The notes: a model not told the origin generated them from the letters alone. 64,000 nt of DNA from Vicinamibacterales bacterium (GCA_965247955.1 OZ252042.1:608802-672801); one strand, 5' to 3'. Counted from the stretch's first letter, positions 37,862 to 47,085 are shown. Translations and numbers: made by a program.

Positions 37862-38014
37862 CGGAACGGCTACTCGCTCCAGTAGGACACTGTGTGTTTA
37901 AGTTTCTTGATACCAGAGGTCTGGCATATCTCACGCAGCTTGATGTGAGACGGTTTGGCGCTGATGGTATAGTGTTAAGGTTTTCATAATCCTTCACCGG
38001 CAGACGAGGTATCG

Positions 38015-38497
38015 ATGACGGGACGACGGAACTTTCAGGGAAGTAATCTGATTATTGGAACACTTGGGCTGATACTTACTGTCACCGTGGTCGCCATCGA
38101 CGATGGGAACAACTCGGTACTGGCGGCGACGTTGCAGTCTGGCACGTCAATCTGGGATGGTGTGTACACCGAAGAACAGGCCGCACGGGGTCAGAAGGCA
38201 TACGTGCGGGACTGCGCGCAGTGTCACCTTGAGGATCTGCTCGGTGACGGGATCGCGACGGCGCTGATCGGGGACCCTTTCACCTTCCGTTGGAGTGATC
38301 TCTCAGTCGGTGACATGTTCGTGGTGATCCGTACTACGATGCCAGAAGGCGCGGCTGGCAGCCTGAGCCGGCGGAGGTACTTGGACATAATCAGCTATCT
38401 CTTGCAGGCCAACGGGTTTCCGCCTGGGGATACAGCACTCCCCAGGCGTGCGAGTGCCCTCGAACAGATCATCATTCAGATAGAGCCGCCGCAGTAG
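38015..38497 (+). CDS. membrane-anchored monoheme c-type cytochrome
   Basis: It has a signal anchor and a single CxxCH motif (CAQCH) in a GQKAY...CAQCH context. Confidence 0.8.
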   Translation: MTGRRNFQGSNLIIGTLGLILTVTVVAIDDGNNSVLAATLQSGTSIWDGVYTEEQAARGQKAYVRDCAQCHLEDLLGDGIATALIGDPFTFRWSDLSVGDMFVVIRTTMPEGAAGSLSRRRYLDIISYLLQANGFPPGDTALPRRASALEQIIIQIEPPQ

Positions 38498-38667
38498 ACA
38501 CGAACGACGTGCGCTCGCTGCTTACCCGGATCGGTGCCCAAGTGGGTTAGAATTCTAGGCGAATCGTGATACCAATTGGTTCGCCACCCCTATGGTGTCG
38601 CCCCAGCTCCGGCTGATACTCAAGTTCGAGGGCGTGATATCCTGACGTGAGATAGGAAGGTCCCATA

Positions 38668-38859
38668 ATGAAATTTGATGTTTTGGCGTTCCTCGGCCCA
38701 CTCGGTTTGCCGGAGCTGGTAATCATCTTCTTCATCCTGCTACTTATTTTTGGAGCGAAGCGACTCTCGGGATTGGGAAAAGGCCTGGGTCAGGCCATCC
38801 GAGGCTTCAAGGATGAAGTGCAGGACGAGAACGACCACCATCCCACCAAGCCCGAATAG
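38668..38859 (+). CDS. tatA: twin-arginine translocase subunit TatA/E
   Basis: LPELVIIFFILLLIFGAKRLSGLGKGLGQAIRGFK is a typical TatA TM helix plus amphipathic helix. GGAAGG lies upstream of the ATG. Confidence 0.9.
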   Translation: MKFDVLAFLGPLGLPELVIIFFILLLIFGAKRLSGLGKGLGQAIRGFKDEVQDENDHHPTKPE

Positions 38860-38968
38860 ACTCTGGCGCTTGGCGACCGCCGACTCTCAACCGGCTGTAC
38901 ACACAAACAGACGGACGACGCAACTTGTACGTCCCCCGTCGGTTTCTATCTTCACAAAACGTGTTGTC

Positions 38969-39499
38969 CTACTGTCTCGCCACCCCTAACTCTGTTAGAT
39001 GGGCCACTAGATCTTGACCAGCTGTCGAGGCGCTAACCTGTTTGTCGACCCGAAGAACCTTGCCATCAGGCCCGATGATGTAAGTCCACCGGAACGGCCG
39101 CTGACGTTCCTCATTGACGACGCCGTAGGCCAGCGCGACGTCCTTTTCTGGATTGCTCAGGATTGGAAACTCAGCACCGAGAGATTCCGCGAATTCTTTG
39201 TTCGTTTGGGGATCATCGACACTCACCATGAAGTAGGCGATATCGAACTGACTCAACTGGTCGCTGGACTCACTCAGCGACTTGCATTCGGCCGTTCAAC
39301 CACCAGTGAACGCCTTCGGGAACCAGGCGAGAATGACTGTCTTACCTGAGTAGTCAGACAGCCGATGAATCTTGCCGTCGCTCCCAGGCAACTCGAACGC
39401 CGGCGCCTGATCTCCAGTGCCGAGTTCTTGTGCCTCTGACCCGCCGGTACCAATAGCGGCCAGGGCAAACACTACGGTCAGGATAAAGTATCCTCCCAT
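38969..39499 (-). CDS. secreted peroxiredoxin (AhpC/TSA, BCP/PrxQ-like) with an in-frame TGA at the peroxidatic Cys position; probable selenocysteine protein (Sec68)
   Basis: Track ORFs 39296..39898 and 38969..39256 share one frame and are interrupted only by the TGA at 39296-39298. The joined sequence ...GKTVILAWFPKAFTGG[U]TAECKSL...FMVSVDD...FPILSNPEKDVALAYGV... is a complete Prx fold, with the TGA on the PxxxTxxC cysteine. The ATG at 39499 has GGAGGA upstream and begins a signal peptide. A hairpin lies 14 nt after the TGA. Confidence 0.7.
39260..39281 (-). promoter_or_regulatory. candidate bacterial SECIS hairpin
   Basis: On the coding strand a perfect 7-bp stem GTCGCTG/CAGCGAC with the loop AGUGAGUC starts 14 nt after the UGA. 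Additional flanking pairing (CGAA..CAA with TTG..TTCG) extends it. Confidence 0.55.
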
Positions 39500-39520
39500 A
39501 ATCCTCCACTCCAGGCTTCG

Positions 39521-39544
39521 GCACGAACGGACCGCCGTTCGTGC
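39521..39544. repeat. perfect 10-bp inverted repeat (GCACGAACGG accg CCGTTCGTGC) in the peroxiredoxin leader
   Basis: Read directly from the sequence. It lies 22-45 nt upstream of the ATG at 39499 on the minus strand. Confidence 0.8.
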
Positions 39545-39901
39545 TCTGGTTGCAGACTCTAGACTCCTGCCAAGCCAGGATACTCTATCTAACACATCCA
39601 CACAAAACTCTTTGATTGAGTGAAATCTGCCTGGCCCGCTTGACAGCAGACCGACCATCCGTCGAGCATCGGATGGGAATATGGCCGCACGAGACCACCA
39701 GCGGAGATCTGGCCGTGATTGCCATGGGCCACTGAACCCTCGAGTTGAAAGAGAACGACGACAAAATCTTGTCGGTTCGATCCGGACAAGACCGCGAAGT
39801 GGTGCAGCGGTCTTAACCAGCGCCTGCCTAGCAAGCTCTTCAATCGAAACCGTTGAAATCCATCGGCGGCCTGCCACGCACCGTCCATACCCTGACATCC
39901 G

Positions 39902-40327
39902 ATGAGATTCGGGAAGGGCACCATCGTTGCCGGTGCGCTAGCATTCGTCGCGTTCACCGCCGCACCTCGAGCGTTACTGAACCATGGGAACGTACGGCCT
40001 GAGGTGTCACCCCCCTTCGCCTGGCTGCCTTTTCCAATCGCTGTGGAAGCGCCAACCGAAGGGGCACGACCGCGCCGGCCGCAGATGGGGGGGGCGGGCT
40101 GGCGCGGCGTCCGGTACTTCTCTGTTTACGGTGTGTTAATCGTCGAGGTCGAAACCGTGCAGCTACACTTGGCACCAACGATTGCCAAGAGAATTATTGC
40201 TCCTCTACAAGACGATTACATCGAAGTGCTTGTCTACTTCCGACGACCGGGAATAACCTTCGCAACGACACGGGTACAATGGACGCCAAGCATGGGATAT
40301 GTGACGAGCAACATCTCACCACACTAG
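39902..40327 (+). CDS. hypothetical protein (weak call)
   Basis: The N-terminus is signal-like (MRFGKGTIVAGALAFVAFTAAP) and the C-terminal half looks protein-like. The middle is Gly/Arg/Pro-rich, there is no SD and I recognise no homology. Confidence 0.3.
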   Translation: MRFGKGTIVAGALAFVAFTAAPRALLNHGNVRPEVSPPFAWLPFPIAVEAPTEGARPRRPQMGGAGWRGVRYFSVYGVLIVEVETVQLHLAPTIAKRIIAPLQDDYIEVLVYFRRPGITFATTRVQWTPSMGYVTSNISPH

Positions 40328-40521
40328 AAAGAGCAGTGTTCTATCCTCCCTGAATCAATGACGCTAAATGGAAGGCGGTACTAAACTAATTAAGGTTGAA
40401 CGAAGGATCAAATTTTGGACCTGCAATCGATGGCAACAAGATCAATCTGGATGCCCCACTTCAAAACAGTACTGATTCAGCAAGGATGGGCCACTAGACC
40501 CACGCCCCGAAAGGAGCACCG

Positions 40522-41772
40522 ATGAACGAGATCAACTGGCAAGACACGGCGGCCGGAATCGGTTTGTCGGTTGTAATTGCCTTTGTGGTAGCCCAGCTCG
40601 CGACGCGAGTCGTGCGCCTTGCACTCCGAGTCGCGACCGGAGGGTCGGATTTGTCCGCTGCGTTTGGCGATCCCATTCAGCGACGCCCTATTCGGCTCGT
40701 TCGGGGCTCCGTTTTTATTGGGACTTTCGTTGTGGTCACACGGCCCATTCTCCAAATGTTCGACGTGCAATTGTCGTACGGCGTCGATCTGGAACGGTTG
40801 TCGACCTGGCTATTCGAGCACGGGCTGCGAGTAATGCTAATCGCGGTGCTGGCCTACTTCACCATACGAGTCGCAGCGCTCGCGGTGACGCATTTCGAAG
40901 AAGTGGTACGCCGCGGCACGCGAGAGACCACACACCAGGCCGAGTTCACTCAGCGACTACACACGATCGGTGGATTGGTTAAGAACGCGACTAACGTCTT
41001 GTTAATCGGTGCCGCCGCACTAATGATTCTCCAAGAGCTCGGGGTTAACATTACGCCCCTACTGACCGCGGCTGGCATCGGTGGGCTCGCTGTCGGATTC
41101 GGTGCTCAGAACCTAGTCCGAGATGTTATCTCCGGTTTCTTTCTCATCCTTGAAGATCAGGTCCGCGTCAGAGACGTCGTGCGAATCAACGATACGGCTG
41201 GTCTGGTCGAGTCGATTCGGCTGCGAACGATCGTATTGCGCGACCTCTCCGGCACCGTCCATATCATTCCCAACGGAGCGATCTCAACCCTGTCGAACCT
41301 AACCAAGGAGTACTCGTACGCCGTTGTAGACGTGGGAATAGCCTACAAGGAGGATACAGATCACGTGTCTGGCGTCTTGCAAGACGTCGGTGACGATATA
41401 CGCGCGGACCCAAAATATGCCCAGCACATTCTGGATAAACTTGAGATTCTCGGGGTGAACGAGTTTGGGGATTCGGCCGTTGTGATAAAGATCAGGATTA
41501 AGACACGACCCCTCAAGCAATGGCTGATCGGCCGCGAGCTCCGCCGACGTATCAAGAAAGCGTTTGACGCGCAAGGCATCGAGATCCCGTTCCCACACAT
41601 GTCGCTCTACTTCGGAGAGGCCAGTAAACCTTTTCTTACGCAGCACCTAGATAAGCAGGAGCTCACACCCACGCCAAAGCTCGCTCGACCTGTTAGTGCC
41701 AAGGCTCAGGCGAAGCGCAGGGCTTCCGAAACGCTAGATGGTGACGCTGGTGAGTCGAGTGACGTTGAGTAA
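40522..41772 (+). CDS. MscS-family mechanosensitive ion channel
   Basis: TM helices are followed by the conserved pore-helix/beta-domain region GIGGLAVGFGAQNLVRDVISGFFLILEDQVRVRDVVRI. AGGAG lies upstream of the ATG. Confidence 0.9.
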   Translation: MNEINWQDTAAGIGLSVVIAFVVAQLATRVVRLALRVATGGSDLSAAFGDPIQRRPIRLVRGSVFIGTFVVVTRPILQMFDVQLSYGVDLERLSTWLFEHGLRVMLIAVLAYFTIRVAALAVTHFEEVVRRGTRETTHQAEFTQRLHTIGGLVKNATNVLLIGAAALMILQELGVNITPLLTAAGIGGLAVGFGAQNLVRDVISGFFLILEDQVRVRDVVRINDTAGLVESIRLRTIVLRDLSGTVHIIPNGAISTLSNLTKEYSYAVVDVGIAYKEDTDHVSGVLQDVGDDIRADPKYAQHILDKLEILGVNEFGDSAVVIKIRIKTRPLKQWLIGRELRRRIKKAFDAQGIEIPFPHMSLYFGEASKPFLTQHLDKQELTPTPKLARPVSAKAQAKRRASETLDGDAGESSDVE

Positions 41773-41779
41773 GCCCTGG

Positions 41780-42292
41780 ATGACGCCAACCCCGTTGTTC
41801 TCAGAGAATGAAATCTGTGCAACCGTCGCCCGCCTCGCGGCAGAAATCGAACAGGCAACTCCAGCTGGAGAAGCGGTGCACCTTGTGGCAGTGCTAAAGG
41901 GCTCTTTCATGTTCTTGGCTGATCTCGCACGGGCACTCACGCGGCCGATCACACTGGACTTCGTGCGTCTGTCGAGTTACGAGAGCGATGTCGAATCAGC
42001 TGGCACCGTTAAGCTGATCCAAGAACCAGACAATGTACGTGATCGTCATGTGCTCATCGTCGAGGACATCGTCGACACCGGCGCCACCCCCGATACGTTG
42101 CGTGCGTATCTGCTAGCCTTCGACCCCAAGAGTTTACGTACCGTTTGCCTGCTCGACAAACCCACGCGACGCCAGCGTGAGGTCCCTGTCGAATTCACTG
42201 GCTTCACGATCGAGAATGTTTTCGTCGTCGGTTACGGACTCGACCTCGCGGAACGCCACCGCGAACTTCCCTACCTCGCCACGCTAGAGTAA
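41780..42292 (+). CDS. hpt: hypoxanthine phosphoribosyltransferase
   Basis: It has the PRPP-binding motif VLIVEDIVDTGAT and the downstream motif FVVGYGLD. The ATG at 41780 lies just after the MscS-family gene stop, whereas the track start at 41738 overlaps that gene. Confidence 0.9.
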   Translation: MTPTPLFSENEICATVARLAAEIEQATPAGEAVHLVAVLKGSFMFLADLARALTRPITLDFVRLSSYESDVESAGTVKLIQEPDNVRDRHVLIVEDIVDTGATPDTLRAYLLAFDPKSLRTVCLLDKPTRRQREVPVEFTGFTIENVFVVGYGLDLAERHRELPYLATLE

Positions 42293-42384
42293 TCCTAGTG
42301 CGTGTTATCGATCGTGCACGGAATCAGACAAGGCAACGCTCGGGAAAACTTGGTCATCCCCAAGCGCTGGACGGAGGGTGAGGA

Positions 42385-42459
42385 ATGGTGGGCGCTGGTG
42401 GATTCGAACCACCGACCCCCGCCGTGTGAAGGCGATGCTCTACCACTGAGCCAAGCGCC
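42385..42459 (-). tRNA. tRNA-Val (anticodon CAC), CCA encoded
   Basis: The reverse complement folds into a cloverleaf. The acceptor stem is GGGCGCT/AGCGCCC and the D arm is GCTC-AGTGGTA-GAGC. The anticodon arm is TCGCC-TTCACAC-GGCGG and the T arm is GGTGG-TTCGAAT-CCACC. It ends in ACCA. Confidence 0.95.
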
Positions 42460-42551
42460 CACGCGAACGACTCCTGCTCCGGCAGTGTACCGCAACGCGA
42501 GACAGCGGAGCAATCGACTTCATCCAGTAACACGGCCAAACTACAGTAAGG

Positions 42552-43082
42552 CTACTGCGCTTGCGCGATGAGCGCCTTTAGCATTCGTGAGTACTGCTGA
42601 CCGGCGTCAGTAAAAGCCTTCACGTACGCATCCTGCGACAATTGCTGTCCGTCCCAATCGCCATCAAAGCGCAACACCCGGGACCCAATATCGTAGGAAT
42701 CGACGGCCTCGGGTCCATCGGTGAGTCCGTTAGCACCCGAGTCACTTATCAGAACTTTGGTACTGGCGATTGACGCAGAATTTAGGTCAATATAGACATC
42801 CCTATACTGCTGGTTAGCTATCTTCTGTTCCACGTAGAGCGTCACCTCCATGCGGGCAGAAACAACGAGAAGCTGCCCAGGAAAGGAAAGAGCAGCCACA
42901 AATCGGTCGCTCCCTTCAGAATCCTTTGCAGCAACGGCATCGAGTTGACCGCTCGACATCACCTCGACCAGCTGGGTAGCAAGTGCGCCTGACTCTTGAG
43001 CTGTAGCTGGCCCAGCCGTCACCACGAACAGAGTCGCGAGCAGATTAGCGACCAGCCACGGACGCAGTTGAATTCTCCACAT
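42552..43082 (-). CDS. secreted hypothetical protein
   Basis: It has a signal peptide (LLATLFVVTAGPATAQE) and a globular-looking 150-aa body. I recognise no motif. Confidence 0.55.
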   Translation of the reverse strand: MWRIQLRPWLVANLLATLFVVTAGPATAQESGALATQLVEVMSSGQLDAVAAKDSEGSDRFVAALSFPGQLLVVSARMEVTLYVEQKIANQQYRDVYIDLNSASIASTKVLISDSGANGLTDGPEAVDSYDIGSRVLRFDGDWDGQQLSQDAYVKAFTDAGQQYSRMLKALIAQAQ

Positions 43083-43196
43083 GGTGTTTACCTCCCACCA
43101 ACATCAGTGTCCTGCGAAACCACCCGTCTCGCAAGCGCCTTGTTTTTACCATCGTCCCAAAGAGACGTAAACTGTGAATCGCGAGCTAGCAGCCCG

Positions 43197-43634
43197 CTAC
43201 CCGATGAACAGTGCTTCGTCATCCTCACCGGCTTGTCCGCTGGAGTGGTCAGATTTTGAAGGGCTTTCACTAGCGCCCCTCAGTGCGGCGAGACTGGCGC
43301 GTACCGCCTGAAGTAGCGCGACACCCTGCCGAACCGGTTCCACCACCCCCTCCTGTGCCACGGCCATTATATTGTCGACGCGATCCGTAATCTTCACAAA
43401 GAGCTGGTCAACCCGCTCGATCTGAGCAACCGCCAGTGACGTCGCTCTGGCGGTATCACTGCTCATACTATTGATCTTGGTGAGCGTTGGCTGAATCTCC
43501 CGTTCGACCTTTTCAACGAGTCGGTCAACGCGTCGCGCGAGACGGGCACCGTAGACGATAAGACCAATCTGCACACCTGCCATTACACCCGTCGCAACGG
43601 CGATGACGCCAAGGAGTAGTGTCGGCGCGTCCAT
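43197..43634 (-). CDS. membrane-anchored coiled-coil protein (DUF948-like)
   Basis: An N-terminal TM helix is followed by long helical repeats. It overlaps the upstream YtxH-like gene by 1 nt (TAATG). Confidence 0.6.
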   Translation of the reverse strand: MDAPTLLLGVIAVATGVMAGVQIGLIVYGARLARRVDRLVEKVEREIQPTLTKINSMSSDTARATSLAVAQIERVDQLFVKITDRVDNIMAVAQEGVVEPVRQGVALLQAVRASLAALRGASESPSKSDHSSGQAGEDDEALFIG

Positions 43635-43921
43635 TAGACTTCATCCTCGCCCGGCTGTCCCTCACGAGCACGCTGGTAAGCTTCGCGGCCACGATCTATC
43701 GCCTCGGAGAGATGCTCGCTTTGACGCTGGACGAACTCCCGGCCTTCTCGTCCAGCTACCTCCGCCTTCGCCCGACTCTCCCGAACTTTCTCACCCAGAT
43801 ATCGGCGTGCGTCGCTACCACTCGCTGGCGTCGACAGCAGCGCCACCGCAGCGCCGGTAATACCACCCAGGATGAACGCTGTCAAGACAACGCCCGCGTG
43901 TCCGTCGTGATCTCTCGACAT
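43634..43921 (-). CDS. YtxH-domain protein
   Basis: The ATG at 43921 has GGAGGAG upstream. AFILGGITGAAVALLSTPASGSDARRYL matches the YtxH N-terminal motif. Confidence 0.7.
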   Translation of the reverse strand: MSRDHDGHAGVVLTAFILGGITGAAVALLSTPASGSDARRYLGEKVRESRAKAEVAGREGREFVQRQSEHLSEAIDRGREAYQRAREGQPGEDEV

Positions 43922-43975
43922 GACAATCTCCTCCCCAATCCGGTACTCTTGAGCACTACCACATCTTCTCACACC

Positions 43976-45985
43976 TCAACGACTAGCGACCCCCAATTCC
44001 CCATTGAGCAGCTCACGCACACGGTCGCGCAGCGTGGCAGCTTGTTCGAACTCCAGGTTGGCGGCTGCCGCCCGCATGTCCTTCTCCAATGTCGATACGT
44101 GCGCTTTCAGCTCCGCGTGCGTGCGAAATGCCTCTCGTTCCTCCTTCACCATGGGGACGGTTACATAATCGCGCTCGTAGACACTCGTCAGCACGTCATC
44201 GATGCCTTTGACAATGGAGGCTGGTGTGATGCCGTGCGCCTCATTATAGGCCTCCTGCAGACGGCGGCGTCGCTCCATCTCAGCGAGCGCAGCTTTCATC
44301 GAGGCGGTCTCGACGTCGGCGTACATGATGACCCGCCCGTTCACGTGGCGAGCGGCGCGGCCAGAGGTCTGAATAAGCGAACCCGCTGAGCGCAAGAAGC
44401 CTTCTTTGTCAGCATCAAGAATGGCTACGAGTGATACCTCTGGCAGATCTAGTCCTTCCCGGAGGAGGTTGATCCCGACCAGCACATCAAACGTCCCCCG
44501 CCTGAGATCACGGAGAATCTCGACCCGTTTCAAGGTGTCGATGTCCGAGTGCAGATAGCGCACACGCACTCCTAACTCCTGATAGAACTGGGTCAGGTCC
44601 TCAGCCATCCGCTTCGTGAGCGTGGTAACCAGTACCCGTTCTCGTCGCTCGGCCCGTGCACGAATTTCATGAAGGAGATCGTCGATCTGACCCTTTACAG
44701 GTCGCACTGCCACCGCGGGATCAACCAGACCGGTTGGTCGAATAATTTGCTCCACAACGACCCCACCGGCTGTGGTTAGCTCGTACGGACCCGGTGTAGC
44801 AGAGACGAAGACAACCTGTCCCACGAGGTTCTTCCACTCAGCGAAGTTGAGGGGCCGATTGTCCAGTGCTGAGGGGAGGCGAAAACCATACTCGACTAAC
44901 ACCTGCTTCCTGGACCGGTCGCCCTGGTACATCCCGCGGATCTGTGGTACCGTCTGATGGCTCTCATCCACAACCGTTAGACCATCCTCTGGAAAATAGT
45001 CGAGCAGCGTTGGCGGCGGCTCACCCTCGCCACGGCCGGCGAAATGGCGAGAGTAGTTCTCAATCCCGTGGCAGTACCCGATCTCACGAATCATCTCAAG
45101 GTCGAACATCGTACGGTCGTGTAGCCGCTGGGCTTCGAGTAGCTGCCCATTCGCCTCGAGATGGACCCTTCGCTCGCCCAGCTCCGCCTTGATGCTCTCG
45201 ACTGCACGAAGCGTCCGCTCTCGGGGTGTCACAAAGTGCGATTTCGGGTAGACAGCAACCTTGTTATGCCGCTTCACAGAGCGCCCGGTGACAGGATCGA
45301 AACTGACAAGTTCGTCGACTTCATCACCGAATAGCTCAATCCGCAGAGCCTGTTCCTCGTATGCAGGATAAACCTCGATGATGTCACCACGGACACGGAA
45401 AACACCCCGGGTAAACTCGTGATCATTGCGCTCGTACTGAATCTCCACTAGCTTCCGGAGGATCCAGTCACGTTCCACACGCTGCCCTCGCTCCAGTGGC
45501 AGGAGCATGCCGTAATATGCCTCCGGCGAGCCAAGACCATAGATACAGGACACGCTCGCCACGATGATTACATCTCGTCGCTCGAAGAGCGACCGAGTTG
45601 CGGATAACCGCATGCGATCGATCTCATCGTTGATAGTTGCTTCCTTTTCGATGTACGAATCGGTGGCAGGAACATACGCCTCTGGCTGATAGTAGTCGTA
45701 GTAGCTGACAAAGTACTCGACCGCGTTGTCAGGAAAAAACCGGCGAAACTCTTGATACAACTGCGCCGCCAGAGTTTTGTTGTGCACCATCACCAGCGTT
45801 GGCCGGTTCACCCTGGCGATCACCTGGGCCATAGTGAAGGTCTTGCCTGAACCGGTGACACCAAGGAGCACCTGGTGAGCGTCTCCCCGCTGGAGTCCAT
45901 CGGTCAGCTCGTCGATCGCTCGTTCCTGATCGCCTCTGATCTCGAAATCGGTAACGAGTGTGAATTGGTCGTAGGTCGATGGCAT
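43976..45985 (-). CDS. uvrB: excinuclease ABC subunit B
   Basis: It is a full-length UvrB with [10 protein letters not shown], a DESH box and a C-terminal UVR domain ([13 protein letters not shown]). The ATG at 45985 (MPSTYDQF...) is preferred over the track start. Confidence 0.97.
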   Translation of the reverse strand: MPSTYDQFTLVTDFEIRGDQERAIDELTDGLQRGDAHQVLLGVTGSGKTFTMAQVIARVNRPTLVMVHNKTLAAQLYQEFRRFFPDNAVEYFVSYYDYYQPEAYVPATDSYIEKEATINDEIDRMRLSATRSLFERRDVIIVASVSCIYGLGSPEAYYGMLLPLERGQRVERDWILRKLVEIQYERNDHEFTRGVFRVRGDIIEVYPAYEEQALRIELFGDEVDELVSFDPVTGRSVKRHNKVAVYPKSHFVTPRERTLRAVESIKAELGERRVHLEANGQLLEAQRLHDRTMFDLEMIREIGYCHGIENYSRHFAGRGEGEPPPTLLDYFPEDGLTVVDESHQTVPQIRGMYQGDRSRKQVLVEYGFRLPSALDNRPLNFAEWKNLVGQVVFVSATPGPYELTTAGGVVVEQIIRPTGLVDPAVAVRPVKGQIDDLLHEIRARAERRERVLVTTLTKRMAEDLTQFYQELGVRVRYLHSDIDTLKRVEILRDLRRGTFDVLVGINLLREGLDLPEVSLVAILDADKEGFLRSAGSLIQTSGRAARHVNGRVIMYADVETASMKAALAEMERRRRLQEAYNEAHGITPASIVKGIDDVLTSVYERDYVTVPMVKEEREAFRTHAELKAHVSTLEKDMRAAAANLEFEQAATLRDRVRELLNGELGVASR

Positions 45986-46083
45986 GGCTGGCTCAGCGAG
46001 CATGCGGCGAACCTGAGATCGTACCACAGCCGCATATAGCCAGTGACACAATCGGCAGGAATGAAACGCCGCCGAAGCGAGCC

Positions 46084-47085
46084 TTACCGATTGACGTCGT
46101 TGTCGTCAGGGTCTCGATATGGGGCGTAGTACCCCTCGCGGTTGCGAACCCTCACATGCCTCAACTCATGACGAGAGGACACAAGCTTGATCTCGAGCTC
46201 CCGCCACATACCATCCGCTCGCTCGTTCGTGGAAACGAACCCGAGTGAGTACCGCGCGTTTAGTTCATCGGTAATCTGCTCATAGATACCGTCGAGCTGA
46301 TCGAGATCGGTCGGGAAATAGCAGCGTCCACCGGTAATCCAGGCCAGCTGCTCGAGCCGCATCCGCTTCACCTGGCGGACAGAGCTCCGCAAGTTCTTCT
46401 GAAATCCGATCGCGTAGACAGTCACATCAGATGCCCGGATCAGGTCTATCATGTCGCCGAACCTCATGCGACTGCCTGTATCGTCCCCGTCCGAGTACAG
46501 GAGCAAAACCTTGCGTCCATCCTGCGTAAAAGCTCCGCCTAGATAAACCCCAAGCGCGTCGTAGAGTGATGTCCACCCCCTTGCCTGCCGATTTCGGATA
46601 CGTTCAACAAGGCGCGGGAAATCATCTTGGCTGTAACGTCCGACCCTCACCTCGGTGTCGAAATCGACCAACGTCATGTCTTCAGCATATGTGAGCGTGT
46701 TCAAAAACTTGATCGCAGCCGTCTTGGCGAAGTCCCCGTCCTTCTCCATACTTCCGCTGGTATCGAACATCAACCCTAGGTGCATCGGCATCGTTGCAGT
46801 GTCGCTCTCGAGTCCACGTGAGAAATAGCGGATATCCTGTCGCTGGCCGTCTTCGAAGAGTTCAAAATCAGTTTCCGTGAGATCTGTTACCGGTTTACCG
46901 TTGCGATCTATAACCGATACTCCAAGATGCACCAGCTCCACGCCACTGGTGAACATCGGGAATTGAACCGAAACGATACTTGAGGCAAGCAGGAGCGTGG
47001 GAATAGTGTGCCAAGCCCAGACCACTAGAAAGGTCTCCCTGAACCAAGACCATGACGATCTCATCGGATTCAGATGATACTTCAT
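46084..47085 (-). CDS. VWFA-related domain protein (Acidobacterial type) with an intact MIDAS-like DxSxS
   Basis: [40 protein letters not shown] is followed by LMFDTSGSM and a VWA-like body. Confidence 0.75.
   Translation of the reverse strand: MKYHLNPMRSSWSWFRETFLVVWAWHTIPTLLLASSIVSVQFPMFTSGVELVHLGVSVIDRNGKPVTDLTETDFELFEDGQRQDIRYFSRGLESDTATMPMHLGLMFDTSGSMEKDGDFAKTAAIKFLNTLTYAEDMTLVDFDTEVRVGRYSQDDFPRLVERIRNRQARGWTSLYDALGVYLGGAFTQDGRKVLLLYSDGDDTGSRMRFGDMIDLIRASDVTVYAIGFQKNLRSSVRQVKRMRLEQLAWITGGRCYFPTDLDQLDGIYEQITDELNARYSLGFVSTNERADGMWRELEIKLVSSRHELRHVRVRNREGYYAPYRDPDDNDVNR

Noticed and set aside
38860-38968. A rho-independent terminator between the convergent tatA and peroxiredoxin genes.
   Set aside because: Only an imperfect stem is present (GACGGACG...CGTCCCCCGTC), followed by a weak T-rich tract. 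That is not convincing enough to annotate.
39768-39790. A hairpin with a GGTTCGATCC T-loop consensus, considered as part of a tRNA-Sec, another tRNA or a tmRNA next to the candidate selenoprotein.
   Set aside because: I could not build an acceptor stem, an anticodon arm (no UCA loop in the right place) or a 3' CCA context on either strand. The stem has a bulge. It is probably a chance hairpin or a tRNA-like remnant, and needs a covariance-model scan to settle.
39500-39898. The N-terminal 133 codons of track ORF 39296..39898, which would give a 200-aa protein.
   Set aside because: The translation is Arg/Ser/Trp/Cys-rich with no protein-like pattern. A strong SD (GGAGGA) and a signal peptide begin at the internal ATG at 39499. 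A 10-bp hairpin lies inside the supposed coding region.
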